From the NCBI RefSeq assembly GCF_001194135.2, contig NC_068983.1, forward strand, positions 99,445,535 through 99,509,534: a stretch of 64,000 nucleotides of DNA, written 5' to 3'. Positions 10,510 through 22,672 of the stretch are shown in pieces. The notes under the pieces were generated by a model, which searched no databases, was not told the origin of the DNA, and saw nothing but the letters and a program-made list of their open reading frames with translations. Made by a program: the position numbers and the translations under genes. Position 1 is the stretch's first letter; each line of letters starts with the position of its first letter. Source of the DNA: Octopus bimaculoides. Its lineage: Eukaryota.

Positions 10510-13230
10510 ATGTAATATCTTGGCTTGGCTTTGCTGTGGCTAGTGGTGAGCTCACTGTACATGATGATCTTGGGTAGGCAGTAGTCTTTCATCCTGTCAA
10601 TGTGCCCTGCCCAACACAGTTGTTTCTTAAGTAAAATGGCTTCTAAGCTGATGACTTCTGCTCACTCAAAGACCTCAGTGTTGGCGATGTAGTCGCTCCA
10701 GTAAATGTTGAGGATGGTATGGGGAGCAGCATTGGTGAAAACGTTCAAGGAGTCTGAAATGATAGCAGTAAAGGACCCAGGACTCAGAGCCATATAGGAG
10801 TGTTGTGAGAATGATGGCCCTGTAGATACTACCGACTTGGCAATGGTGATGTGGGGTGGGCTGTACTCTTCCTGAGGAGTTGGTGAACGACTTCAGTCTT
10901 TTTCAAGCTTATTTCCAGCCCAAAGAGCTGGGTGGCCTCTGCAAAGCATGATGTGAGGCACTGCAGGGCTCTTTCTGTGTGTGTGACAAGTGCAGCATAT
11001 CTGCAAAGAGGAGGTTCTAGATCAGTTGCTCTTGGGTCTTGGTGTGGGCCTGTAGGCACCGGAGGTTGAAAAGACTGTCATCCAGATGGTACCTGATATA
11101 AATGCCATCTTCAGCATCAAGGTATGCAGTGACCTGCTTTAGCATCATGCTAAAGAAGATGCTGAAGAGAGATGATGTCAGAACACAGCTCTGCTTCATG
11201 TCACTGCTGTTCTTGTTGGTCTTCATGAACCTGGATGGTCATGGTTTGGAATTTTGAGGGACAGCCAAGCTGGTTTAGGATCTGCCACTAACCTTTTCTG
11301 CTCACAGTGTCAAATGCTTTTGTCAGATCGACAAATGTTGAACAAAGTGCTTTGGTTTGCTCCCGGCACTTTTCTTGGAACTGCCTGAGAATAAAAACCA
11401 TATCTGTTGTTCCCCTGTTGGCTCTGAAACCACATTGACTTTCTGGGAGATGATTTTCAGTGATGGACAGAAGAAGTTTGTTGAGGAGAAATCTTGCTAG
11501 AAGTTTTCCTGCAGTGGAAAGCAGGGTGATCCCCCAATAGTTTGAGCAGTCTGACTTTTTCCCTTTGTTTTTGTACAGTGTAATGATGACAGCGTTGTGA
11601 AGATCTTGTGGCAGCTTGCCCTGTTTCCAGCATACAACAAGGAACTTGTGGAGTTTAGCATCTAGGACAGGCTCCCTATGCTTCCATATCTCTGGTGGTA
11701 TACCATCAACTCCTGCTGCCTTTCTACTCTTCATTTGGCCTATGGAACCTGTAGTCTCTTTCAGTGTTGGAAGCTCATCTAGTTCCAGTCTGACTGGCTG
11801 CTGCTGGATGTGGAGGATTGTGTTTTCCTGGACAACTTGGTTTGCACTGAAGAGGGCCTGAAAGTATTCAGATCAGTAGTTGAGGATGAATGCTGTGTCT
11901 GTGAGAAGCACCTGGCTGCCTGAGCAGTACAGGAGACTCCAGACTTGATGTCTTGGACTGTAAACTGCCTTGAGAGTTTTGTAGAACCACCCCAGTAGCC
12001 ACAGTATCAGCACACAGCTGGGTTCTCCATGTGAGGTTAGTCCACCACTCATTCTGAACTTCACAGAGTTTGTGCTGCAGAAAGCTGTAGGCTTGGCAAA
12101 AGGCCACTTTCTTCTCTAGGCAGGATGGTTGTGCCAGGTATGCTTGGTGGGCAGACCTCTTCTTTAGTAATTCTTGGATCAGTACATCGTTTTCATCAAA
12201 CCAATCCTTGTTCTTTTTCTTCGTAAACGCAAGGATTTCTGCTGAGGTCTGTAGGATGGTGGTTTTCAGTTGTTCCCATAGGATTCCTGGAGAGGGATCT
12301 GAGCAGAAACTGGATTGATCAAACTTTGCTTGTAGGCCTACCTGGAAATTTACTTTCACTTCGTTTCGCTGCAACATTTTTTTGTTGGCTGGTCCTCTCT
12401 TTTTTGGTTTGGGCTTGATGTGGGGTTTGAGTTTGCAATGGATGAGGTGATGGTCAATATGGCATTCTATGCTAGGCATCACTCTGGTGTACATGACATC
12501 AGACTGGTTTCATCGGCATACTAGGACGTAGTCAAGGAGGTGCTAGTATTATGACCAGGGATGTATCCAGGTTGTTTTTAGAGTGTCTCTTTGCTGGAAG
12601 ATGGTGTTGATGATGACGAGCTGATGTTCGGTGCAGAACTCAAGCAAGAGGCACCCATTGTTGTTGCAGTTCTCAATCCCATGCTTTCTGGGGACTCCTT
12701 TCCAGGTTTCCAAATCTTGGCCCATTCTGGCATTGAAATCTTCTAGGATTATGACCGTATCATCGACAGGGTTTCCCTGGAGGAGTCTGCACAGGTTTGA
12801 GTAGAATTTGTCCTTGTCTGCTGGGTCTGCTTTAAGGGTCAGGGAGTAAACACTGAAGGTCGTGGCATGCTGCTTGTTTTTCAGAGGGAGGTGCATGGAG
12901 ATGATGCAGTCTGAGTGACCTGCTGGTAGGGTTTCCAACTTGGAGGTAATGGAGTTCTTTATCATGAAGCTGACCCCTAAAAGCTGTCTTTCTGATGGTG
13001 GTTTGCCTGACAGGGTGTATCCAGCACCATGTTCTTTCAGGCTGCCTTTCTGTGGGGGCCGGACTTTGCTAAAGGCTATGATGTCAACATCTAGCCTGGA
13101 CAGTTCGTGAGCAATGAGAGTGGATTGGCGTTCTGGGCGACCTCTGTCACCTGAGTCACGAATGGCTCTGACATTCCAACATGTGATCTTCAGACCTTTC
13201 GTAACCTTTGGAAGGTGTGTGAAATCTTTC
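10510..13230 (-). mobile_element. RTE-clade LINE (APE endonuclease plus RT), decayed
   Basis: ORFs 12549-12965, 11868-12494, 11288-11734 (KAAGVDGIPPE, ESQCGFRANRGT, FVDLTKAFDTV), 11017-11226, 10829-11059. Confidence 0.93.
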
Positions 13231-13325
13231 TTTGTCTGTCCTGTATATCATGTGATATACAGGACAGGCAAAGGGTTAATGAAATTTGATCCTCAGGTCT
13301 TTTTTACTTTTCTAACTTTTTTTAG

Positions 13326-13529
13326 CTTTGACAAATTCAAAGATAGATTTCAATGATGAGACAATTCGCAACTTAATAATAGATGAGCTTGAATACCTTG
13401 ATACACGTATGAATTTTTGGCAGCAACAGAAACCTTTGTATTCTCATAGAAGGAAGACTACAGCCAAGAGTGCAATCCTCCGCAGTGGCAGCAAAGACAT
13501 TCTCAACCGTCTGGAAGAAGTAGACGACC
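13326..13529 (+). CDS. TTC25: TTC25/ODAD4 exon
   Basis: ctaac branch site, tttttag|...|gtaaga; LEYLDTRMNFWQQQKPLYS resembles human INYLDTHSNFWRQQKPIYA; 204 nt, phase 1 to 1. Confidence 0.93.
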
Positions 13530-14017
13530 GTAAGATAACAGACTTCTTTTCATTGGCATGAATGGTAGAGCACTAGACTAAATGCTTTGCAGTGTGTAGT
13601 TATGTCTCTTTGTTTTTAGTCCTTTAGCATTTAAAATTGCCATATCTGGCTCAAATTTTCTACCTGTATTATATTCGATTTGGCTAGATCTGGCTTCTCA
13701 CACTACCCTACAATGTTCTAGACCAAACATCATTGAAATTGCATTATTAATTCAAAATAGTGTGAATAACAGAGTAATCTGAATGCTAAAGGGGTGGAAT
13801 TCAAGCCATGCCAGAATTTACTTTACTTTTCTTCATGTTCACATTGATAAAATAAATATCAACCATTCATGGAGGCTTTTTATTTTTTATTCATAGCCAT
13901 GAATAGAAATTAGTTAAAATCCTGAATTTCAATCTCAAATTGATACACCACATATTTTTATCTGCTTATTTAGGGTATTGAAGCAAGTATTTCTTCCTAT
14001 GCCTTCCAGTCAGTTAA

Positions 14018-15098
14018 TCAGGTCATCCCATAAGTTCTGTCCGATTTTACCTTTTTCAAAATTGAATGAAATTTAATAGTATTTTAGAATGTCTAATGGA
14101 ATTAAAAATTATTTTTATCCATTTGTGTACATATAAACTAATTAAGTATTATTTTACAGAATAATAGAATTAAAATTTCTTTGATTAAAACCCTTTCTAA
14201 CATGAAAGTATCCGAAGATATTTAAGGCACATAATGCTTTACGAGTACAAAAAAGGAAACTCTGCAGCCAAAGCAACTCGAAACATACACTCAGTTTATG
14301 GGAAAGAATGCTTGAATGAAAGAACTTGCAGAAGATGGTTTGCAAAATTCAGAAGTGGAGATTTCAGCCTTGAAGATGAAAATCGAACAGGATGTCCAGT
14401 TGAGTTTGATGATAAGCTCCTTGAGGCATTACTTGAAGAAAACTCTGCATTATCAGTTGAAGAATTGGCAATAAAGCTTAGTTCAAACCATACAACTGTT
14501 CATCGTCATTTTCAACAACTTGGAAAATGGGTGCCTCGTGAATTGTCCAAAAGCAACCACAAATCCCGAGTTGACATCTGCTCTTCTCTCCATTCTTGCA
14601 AACTCATTTCACCCTTTTTGGATAGACTTATGACTGGTGACGAAAAATGAATCTTCTACCGAAATGTTAAACGTTGTAAACAGTGGCTTGGTAAAAGGAT
14701 TACAAAGGTGTAATTCACTTTGAATTGTTACCACCTAATGCAACAATCAATGCTCAAGTCTACTGTCAGCAATTAGAGCGTTTGAACCAAGCTTTGAAGA
14801 AAAAAAGACCTGCTTTAGTGAATCGAAAAGGAGTGATGTTTCATCAGGACAATGTGTGACCCCACACTGCAAAGATCACATCACAGAAGATCGAAGAGCT
14901 TGGTTGGGAAAAAATTCCTCATCCACCTTATTCTCCTGACCTTGCTCCTTCAGACTACTGTTTGTTTTGTAGTTTACAGAATCATTTGGGGGACATAATT
15001 AGGAAAAGTACATTGATGATTAAATTTCAAGTAAAAATAACATTTGATCACTTGTTTTCTTTATTCAAAATTTGGACAGAACTTATGGGATGACCTGA
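14018..15098 (+). mobile_element. Mariner transposon relic with internal deletions
   Basis: TIR tcaggtcatcccataagttctgtcc at both ends, TA on right; ORF 14234-14650 with WVPREL and TGDEK; HPPYSPDLAPSDY near 14920. Confidence 0.93.
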
Positions 15099-15183
15099 TA
15101 TGTTTGTGATATATGACTGTTCTTATGTTACATTTCATGTTTAATTAAGAGATCATGCAATGCTTTTGTTGATTCTATTGCAG

Positions 15184-15391
15184 TTCTACTTCAAGGAAAC
15201 TTCAGAAGGGCTTTGGAGAAAGCGAAAGGTACTCTCAAAATAGTCGAAGCCTGTCCTTCCAGTAAAGTACCTGAAAAAAATTTGTTTATTGCTAATCTTC
15301 ACAGTTGCATTGGTAATGCTTACATGGAACTTGGTGAGTTCCAACTTGCAGAGAATCATCACATTAAAGATCAATCTATATCAGAGGAAAA
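15184..15391 (+). CDS. TTC25: TTC25/ODAD4 exon
   Basis: ttgcag|...|gtaaga; IANLHSCIGNAYMELG resembles human VGNLYSCIGNAQIELG; phase 1 to 2. Confidence 0.93.
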
Positions 15392-16164
15392 GTAAGAATC
15401 TGTTTAGTTGTGTTCTTGGAATTGTTGTTGTTGTTGGTGGTAGTGGTGGTGGTGGTGGTGGTGGTGATATAAATTCTTATTGTTATTGATGTTGTTAACT
15501 CTAATCAGTTTTGCCTGAGCAGTTATGTGGCTATCATAAGCATCCAAAATCAAGCACTGTTGAATAACCCATACCTTTCACATCCTTAACAAGTAGTTCC
15601 AAATAACTAGAGACCATTTTGTTTGTAATATACTATCACAGTATATTCCTATTTTGCTTTGCAATAAAGGAAATGACTGCTTGAATGCTGAGGAATTGCT
15701 CTAAGCATTGTGCATGCTTTATACATCATACTGTGTAATGCACTGTTTTGTTGTGTGTGCAGTGCCATCTGCTATGGATGCAGCATGCCTGAATATTTAA
15801 GATGTTTGCTTTGCAATCACCAGGTTCTGAGTTTAATTTCATTGCATTTGAAAGCCTTGGATTGACCCAAGCCTTCTGAGTATAACTGGATAGACAGAAA
15901 CTCTGGTAGCTCATTGGCTGCATTACAATTCAACCTTTTCCTATGCTGTCATATTGATTATGCCTGGGTATTATGTTATGGGTATACATTTTTGTGGAAT
16001 ATTCAACCATTTACATGTTAATTTAATGAGCAGGTAGTTCAGTTGATTGAACAAATGAATACTCATTTATTTTATATATATATATATATATATATAGCGT
16101 GGTTNNNNNNNNNNGAATACTCATTTATTTTATATATATATATATATATATATAGCGTGGTTGT

Positions 16165-16385
16165 TGCCAGAACTGCCTGACTGACCCTCATGCCAGTGGC
16201 ATGTAAAAGGCACCCACTACAATCTCGGAGTGGTTGTCATTAGGAAGGGCATCCAGCTGTAGAAACTTTGCCAGATCAGACTGAGCCTGGTGCAGCCTCT
16301 AGCTCACCAGTCCTCAGTCAAACTGTCCAACCAATGCCAGCATGGAAAGCGGACGTTAAACAATGATGATGATGATGATGATGAT
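16165..16385 (+). mobile_element. 5'-truncated RTE 3' UTR copy
   Basis: matches 57990-58225 and ends in (GAT)n. Confidence 0.85.
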
Positions 16386-16561
16386 ATATATCATAAATGA
16401 AAGTGGAGGATAAACTTTCATTGGTGAAATTCGTTTATCAAAATTCATATATGGTATCAAAATACATAGAAGTAGATTCATCAAAATTTTTAGGTGTCAA
16501 GCATTCCAATATTACAAGTCAACGATGAAGTTAGATGAGCAGTGGTATATAATACCATATA

Positions 16562-16651
16562 TATCCTTACGATCATTTCAGGAAATTGTGTTTGTATTGG
16601 GCAAATCTTCCAACCAATGCAAATGGCCACTTTTCCCTCATCAGAGGTACA
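16562..16651 (-). ncRNA. Type I hammerhead ribozyme motif in PLE pseudo-LTR
   Basis: minus strand: guaccu CUGAUGA gggaaaagugg...cacaauuuccu GAAA ugaucgua aggauau. Confidence 0.7.
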
Positions 16652-17062
16652 TTAAGTGATTAAAATATTTTTTAAATAGTTTCAAAATAGTTTTTAAATA
16701 TTATCTACTTACAGCGCATAGGAGGGTTTCAGAATAATGTTATAGTTTTTAGAAAAGTTTATAAAGATGTTGTAAAAATCTTTGTAAAATGAAAAATATT
16801 TGTAAAAATAAAATATTTGTGCCAATAAAGATGAAAATATCTGTAAAAGTAGAGTGCAGAATTCAATAAAATTGTGAATGTTATATTGGATGAACATTTT
16901 CATATAAAAGAAATGAGGACAATATTTCAAGTTCAACCTAAGTTAACAGTTTAAATAAGCTGTTGGATACATTAACAGTTAATTCATCATTGGGTGAATC
17001 CATGCACGTGGAATGTTGGTGGGGATAATTCAGTAATTAAAATGATATCTTATAATTTATAA

Positions 17063-17495
17063 TTTGAGCACTGTCCAAGCGTGATCATTGCCAGAGCACC
17101 AGCTGTCTGGCTTCCGTGCCAGTGGCACGTAAATAGCACCATTTGAGCGTGATCGTTACCAATGTTGCCTTCCTGGCACTTGGGCATGTGAAAAGATATT
17201 TGAGCGAGTTCATTGCCAGTACCACTGGACTGGCTCCTGTGCAGGTGGCACATAAAATACACCATTTCGAGCGTGGCCATTGCTAGTACCTCCTGACTGG
17301 CCTTCGTGCCGGTGGCACGTAAAAGCACCCACTACACTCTTGGAGTGGTTGGCTTAGGAAGGGCATCCAGCTGTAGAAACTCTGCCAAATCAGATTGGAG
17401 CCTGGTGTAGCCATCTGGTACACCAGTCCTCAGTCAAATCGTCCAACCCATGCTAGCATGGAAAGCGGACGTTAAATGATGATGATGATGATGAA
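17063..17495 (+). mobile_element. 5'-truncated RTE 3' UTR copy inserted in the PLE
   Basis: 4 tandem subunits then aggaagggcatccagctg...ggacgttaaatgatgatgat. Confidence 0.85.
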
Positions 17496-17676
17496 CGATT
17501 GCAAAGTTAAAACCTTTTACATAGAAGGTTAATGGGTTCAAATTTGATGCTAAGATTGCAAATCACTAAAATGCCAAATACAAAGAATTTTATGTTTAAA
17601 TCTTACAATAAATCAACAAATTGTTTATATTTCAAATATTAAGTTGATCAGATCGAAGCAAGGTAGGAAACCAAGA

Positions 17677-18150
17677 TTATTTTATATATATATAAAAATT
17701 TATTTTAGGCAAGTCCATTTTCATAAGTTCAAATTCTAGCCTAGCTATTTTATAAAAAAACTTAAACGTAGCTAAATACTTATGCCTACATACAATTATA
17801 ACATTGGAGATTTTATTACTTAAAATTTTCCTATCTGTACGAAGTATACTGATTGCTTCCTTAGTACATAATTTGCACTTTCTTGTATGTGTCCTGTATG
17901 AGGTAGTTTCCAATATAATTGACCAGTTTAAGCTAAATTCCTTATTCTGTATTTTCAGTTTATTAATATACGTAGCCAGCGCAGTTGCATTTTTCATTCC
18001 TGGATTTGAGAATGAGCTGATATACCCTATATATCTTATTTTAAAGTTCGTAGTGCTCCCTATGTATACTTTCTTAGGTTGATTGGCAGTCACAATCTCA
18101 ACCTTGTATACCACATTTTTCTTTAAGCAGGAACTCCCTAATGGACACAA
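17677..18150 (-). pseudogene. GIY-YIG endonuclease domain relic of PLE
   Basis: ORF track; upstream Cys-linker is degraded (SYNY*NCDLCPL) with a stop and frameshift. Confidence 0.85.
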
Positions 18151-18703
18151 ATCGCAATTCTAGTAATTGTAGCTTTATTCCGGTTACTCGCCCTTGTGTG
18201 TTCATTATCTATTTTATTATCATTACTATTTATACTGGAGCTACCCATATTCCCATTATTCCTAAATTTAAATCCATTATTCCCTGTGATTATTGATCCT
18301 AAATATGAGAGTTTTAGTGGTTATAAATTATATAATATCCTTTTAATTACTGTATTATCCCCACTAACATTCCACGTGCATGGATTCACCCTATGATTAA
18401 TTAAGTGTTAATGTATCCAACATTAACTTAGGTTGAACTTGAAATATTGTCCACATTCCTTTTATATGAAAATGTTCATCTGTTATAACATTTATGGTTT
18501 TATTGAACTCCGCACTACTTTTATAAATATTTTCATCTTTATTGGCACAAATATTTTATTTTTACAAATATTTTTCATTTTACTAAGATTTTTACATCTT
18601 TACAAACTTTTCTAGAAAACTATAACATTGTTCTGAAACCCTCGTATGCTCTGTAAGTAGATGATATTTTAAAACTATTTTAAAAATATTTTAATCACTT
18701 AAT

Positions 18704-18793
18704 GAACCTCTGATGAGGGAAATGTGGCCATTTGTATTGATTGGAAGATTTTCCCAATACAGACACAATTTCCTGAAATGATTGTAAGGATAC
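18704..18793 (+). ncRNA. Type I hammerhead ribozyme motif in inverted pseudo-LTR
   Basis: CUGAUGA 18710-18716, extended stem II (gggaaaugug/cacaauuuccu), GAAA 18775-18778, GUA 18784-18786; stems I and III weaker than the minus copy. Confidence 0.6.
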
Positions 18794-18814
18794 ATATGCT
18801 ATTATATACCACTG

Positions 18815-19123
18815 TGTAGGTGCAATAACCCAGTGGTTAGGGCAGTGGACTCGCGGTCAGAGGATCGTGGTTTCGATTCCCAGACCGGGCGTTGTATGTG
18901 TTTATTGAGCGAAAACACCTAAAAGCTCCACAAGGCTCCAGCAGGGGATGGTGGCGACTCCTGTTGTACTTTCGCCCCCCAACTTTCTCTCACTCTTTCT
19001 TTCTGTTTCTTGAGTAATGCTGTGATGGACTGGCATCCCGTACAGCTGGGGGGAACACATATGCCATGGAAACCGGGCCCATGAGCCTGGCTAGGCTTGC
19101 AAAGGGCGCATAAAAAAAAAAAA
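18815..19123 (+). mobile_element. SINE (second family) inserted in PLE arm, 14-bp TSD
   Basis: cccagtggttagggcag...gtttcgattccc A/B boxes, poly(A); TSD attatataccactg / attatgtacaactg; absent from the other arm. Confidence 0.88.
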
Positions 19124-19657
19124 ATTATGTACAACTGCTCATCTAACTTTAATGTTGACTTGTAATATTGGAACGCTTGACACCTAAAAATTTTGATGAA
19201 TCTACTTCTGTTTTTTGATACCATATATGAATTTTGATAAAGGAATTTCAGCTATGAAAGTTTATCCTCCACTTTGATTTATTATATTATTTGCTCCTAN
19301 NNNNNNNNNNNNNNNNNNNNNNNNNNNNNNNNNNNNNNNNNNNNNNNNNNNNNNNNNNNNNNNNNNNNNNNNNNNNNNNNNNNNNNNNNNNNNNNNNNNN
19401 NNNNNNNNNNNNNNNNNNNNNNNNNNNNNNNNNNNNNNNNNNNNNNNNNNNNNNNNNNNNNNNNNNNNNNNNNNNNNNNNNNNNNNNNNNNNNNNNNNNN
19501 NNNNNNNNNNNNNNNNNNNNNNNNNNNNNNNNNNNNNNNNNNNNNNNNNNNNNNAACATCTTTTCTTCTTATTTTTCCTTATCTCATGTCTCATGTGGAA
19601 TATTTCTAACATATTCTATGCATATACATGTACTTATTATATATATATGTGTGTATG

Positions 19658-19688
<31 letters not shown>

Positions 19689-20294
19689 GTATGTCTGTAT
19701 CTATGCATGTTGTATATGTGTGTATGTGTGTGTGTATGCATATATGTGCATCTGTGTGTTTGCATGAATGATTGTGGATTTCCTTCATCTTCACATATCT
19801 TTGTTCACTGCTTGTATATGATGGTTTTTGCTTGCTGTGCTGTTTGCTTGTAGTCCACTGCAAAATCATCTTTGCACTTCTTGATGCGATTTGTCAAGCT
19901 ACTCAATCTTTCTAAAGAAAAGGCTCATTGATACAGTGTCATAAACATGACCAGGTGTTGGTCGTTCAATAGATTAGGAGATTATTACCTCTCCTGAAAG
20001 CAAGTGAGTGTTGGCAACAGGAAAGGCATCCAACTAGGTAAGTTAACTGAAGTTTGGATAAAAACTTTCATCTGAATGTTTGTAGCCTTGCAGCACTCAT
20101 CTTTATTTTTACATGTTTATGTACAGGTATGGTAACACACGAAACTCTTATCCTTTGCATCACTCTGTTGCTTCTGCTAAATATTAATAAAATTATGCAT
20201 GTTTATGTATTTATTTTGTTGGCTCAGGGAAAAGTATGAGAAGGTCTTTTTTAAAGTGATACTTTGTTTGAAATTCTTTTCAATATTTTTGCAG

Positions 20295-20375
20295 TAAACA
20301 AGACAACGGGCGAGCTGTAGACAATCTTGGCAGAACATATGCAAGATGGGGAAAAAACAGAGAAGCCATTAAAAT
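20295..20375 (+). CDS. TTC25: TTC25/ODAD4 exon
   Basis: tttgcag|...|gtaaat; RAVDNLGRTYARWGK resembles human RALDNIGRVFARVGK; 81 nt, phase 2 to 2. Confidence 0.9.
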
Positions 20376-20759
20376 GTAAATAGATTGCTTTGTACATAAC
20401 TATAGCTTTATATGTGTGCACCCTAATAACTCATTATACTGTCAGAAATAACAATAACTTTGTAAGCGACTTGTACATTTGTATGTTACTTTGTATTTCT
20501 ATTGTGTAATCATAAACCATAATACTTTGATTACATGCAGTATGTCTATAATAGTCTAACCTATGAGTTTACCCAGTTAACTACCAGATACAAAAAATTG
20601 CTCTGAACCTGAATATAAACATATGTAACACTACATGTTGGGTAATTTTCTTTACTTCATTCTATAAAGAAGAGGTTGGTTCCAGATTAAAAATGAAATA
20701 TCCAACATTGCAATTTAGATTTTACTTATACTCAGGCTTTGAAAAACCTCATATTCTTT

Positions 20760-21172
20760 TATTCTTTTACTTGTTTCAGTCATTTGACTGCAGCCATGCT
20801 GGAGCACTACCTTGAAAGATTTTTAGTCAATGAAATCGACCCCAGTATTTATTATTTGTAAGCGTAGTACTTATTCTATTGGTCTCTTTTGCCAAACAGC
20901 TAAGTTACAGGGACATAAACACACCAACATCGGTTGTCAAGCGATAGCAGAGAGACAAACACAGACACACACACATAAATATATACATATATATGTGTGT
21001 GTGTGTGTGATGGGCTTCTTTCAGTTTCTGTCTACCAAATTCATTCACAAGGTTTTGACCGGCCCAAGGCTATAGAAGAAGACACTTGCCTAAGGTGCCA
21101 TACAGTAGGACTGAACCGGGAACCATGTAGTTCAGAAGCAAGCTTCTTTATCACACAACTATACTTGCGCCT
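20760..21172 (-). mobile_element. tRNA-headed SINE (major family)
   Basis: family similarity. Confidence 0.83.
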
Positions 21173-21419
21173 GTCACACCCGCGCCAGCATATGAGGGTT
21201 TTTCAGAATGTCTCTTAAAATCAGGGAAGGTCTCAGACATGTAGGCATCAAAATGGTTAATCAACCAAGTATTTCACTGGTGCTTATTTTATCCAACCCA
21301 AAAGAATGAAATGTTAGTTGATCTTGCTGGGATTTGAATTTTAGAAGTTAAATGGATGTAACTAATTATTACAAAATATTTCTCTAGCATCATTCTGTTA
21401 CCCGCTGCTTGATGTTATT

Positions 21420-21775
21420 TGTTGGCACTCCGTCGCTTACGACGTCGAGGGTTCTAATTGATCTGATCAAGGAAATTAACGTGCAAGTGGCTGTGCACTC
21501 CACAGACACGGGTATCCTTAACGTAGTTCTCGGGGATATTCAGCGTGACACAGTGTGACAAGGCTGACCCTTTGAATTACAGGCACAACAGAAAGTAAGA
21601 GTGAGAGAAAGTTGTGGTGAAAGAGTACAGCAGGGTTTGCCACCATCCCCTGCCAGAGCCTCGTGGAGCTTTAGGTGTTTTCGCTCAATAAATACTCACA
21701 ACGCCCGGTCTGGGAATCGAAACCGCGATCCTATGACCGCGAGTCCGCTGCCCTAACCACTGGGCCATTGCGCCT
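21420..21775 (-). mobile_element. SINE (second family)
   Basis: head is the reverse complement of 18815 onward. Confidence 0.85.
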
Positions 21776-21900
21776 TCACTTGATGTTAAACACTACCTAA
21801 AAATAATAACAGAAGTCCATAATGTAGATTATAATGTCTTGAGGGAAAGGTATAGCTGGTACAATATCATAAATACTTTCTTTCATTTTGTAAATGACAG

Positions 21901-22097
21901 TTGGGAGACCAAACTTAATTCTGACTTGAAAGGTGTTGAAAAAACATGGCTGTATCATGAAATTGGGCATTGTTATTTGGAACTAAAAGACTATGTGGAA
22001 GCACTCAACTATGGCCAGATGTCACTGGCTGTTGCTGAAGAAATTGAAGATGAAGACTGGGAAATGAATGCTGCTCTACTTTGTGCTCAAAGTTTCG
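21901..22097 (+). CDS. TTC25: TTC25/ODAD4 exon
   Basis: gacag|...|gtatga; EKTWLYHEIGHCYLELK...DWEMNAALLCAQ resembles human EKTWLFHEIGRCYLELD...EWQLNASVLVAQ; phase 2 to 1. Confidence 0.94.
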
Positions 22098-22672
22098 GTA
22101 TGAATATAAACATATTTTAGCATGAACACACACATGCGCATGCATGCACGCACACATGTATGTGTGTGAGTGTGTATGTGTATCATTATCATCATCATCA
22201 TTTTTTTAATATCCATTTTTCCATGCTCATAAGGGTTAAACAAAATTTGTACTCATCTGGCTCCAAGCCAGGTATTATTGCTTCATAGCTAGACATGTCT
22301 TTATGGAAGATTGGAAACAAAGTAAACTGCCTGTGTCACATGTTTATAAATGTGATGTCAACACAAGCATTAACGCACACACACACACACACACATATGT
22401 GTGTATGTCCATCATAAGTCAAGAACTGGTATAAAATGATAATGGTGGTTGTTGTCATTATTGTTGTCAATGTTTTGGTAGTGGTTGTAATAGTGTATAT
22501 GACATTGGTAATAATAATGTGTGTTTCAAATAATATGTGTGTANNNNNNNNNNNNNNNNNNNNNNNNNNNNNNNNNNNNNNNNNNNNNNNNNNNNNNNNN
22601 NNNNNNNNNNNNNNNNNNNNNNNNNNNNNNNNNNNNNNNNNNNACAAATGCACGTATGTACATACATACATA

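Larger units (their letters stand above)
16393..19282 (-). mobile_element. 5'-truncated Penelope-like element (Neptune-type C-terminal GIY-YIG) with inverted pseudo-LTR
   Basis: ORF 17677-18150(-): CPLGSSCL-VVYKV-YIGST-FKIRY-LNWSI-CKLCTKE-CRH, typical PLE GIY-YIG motif order; arms 16393-17062 and 18321-19282 are reverse complements; HHR in each arm. Confidence 0.85.

Noticed and set aside
18820-18890. tRNA gene candidates (A/B boxes here and in other SINE heads)
   Set aside because: They continue into SINE bodies and do not form a complete cloverleaf
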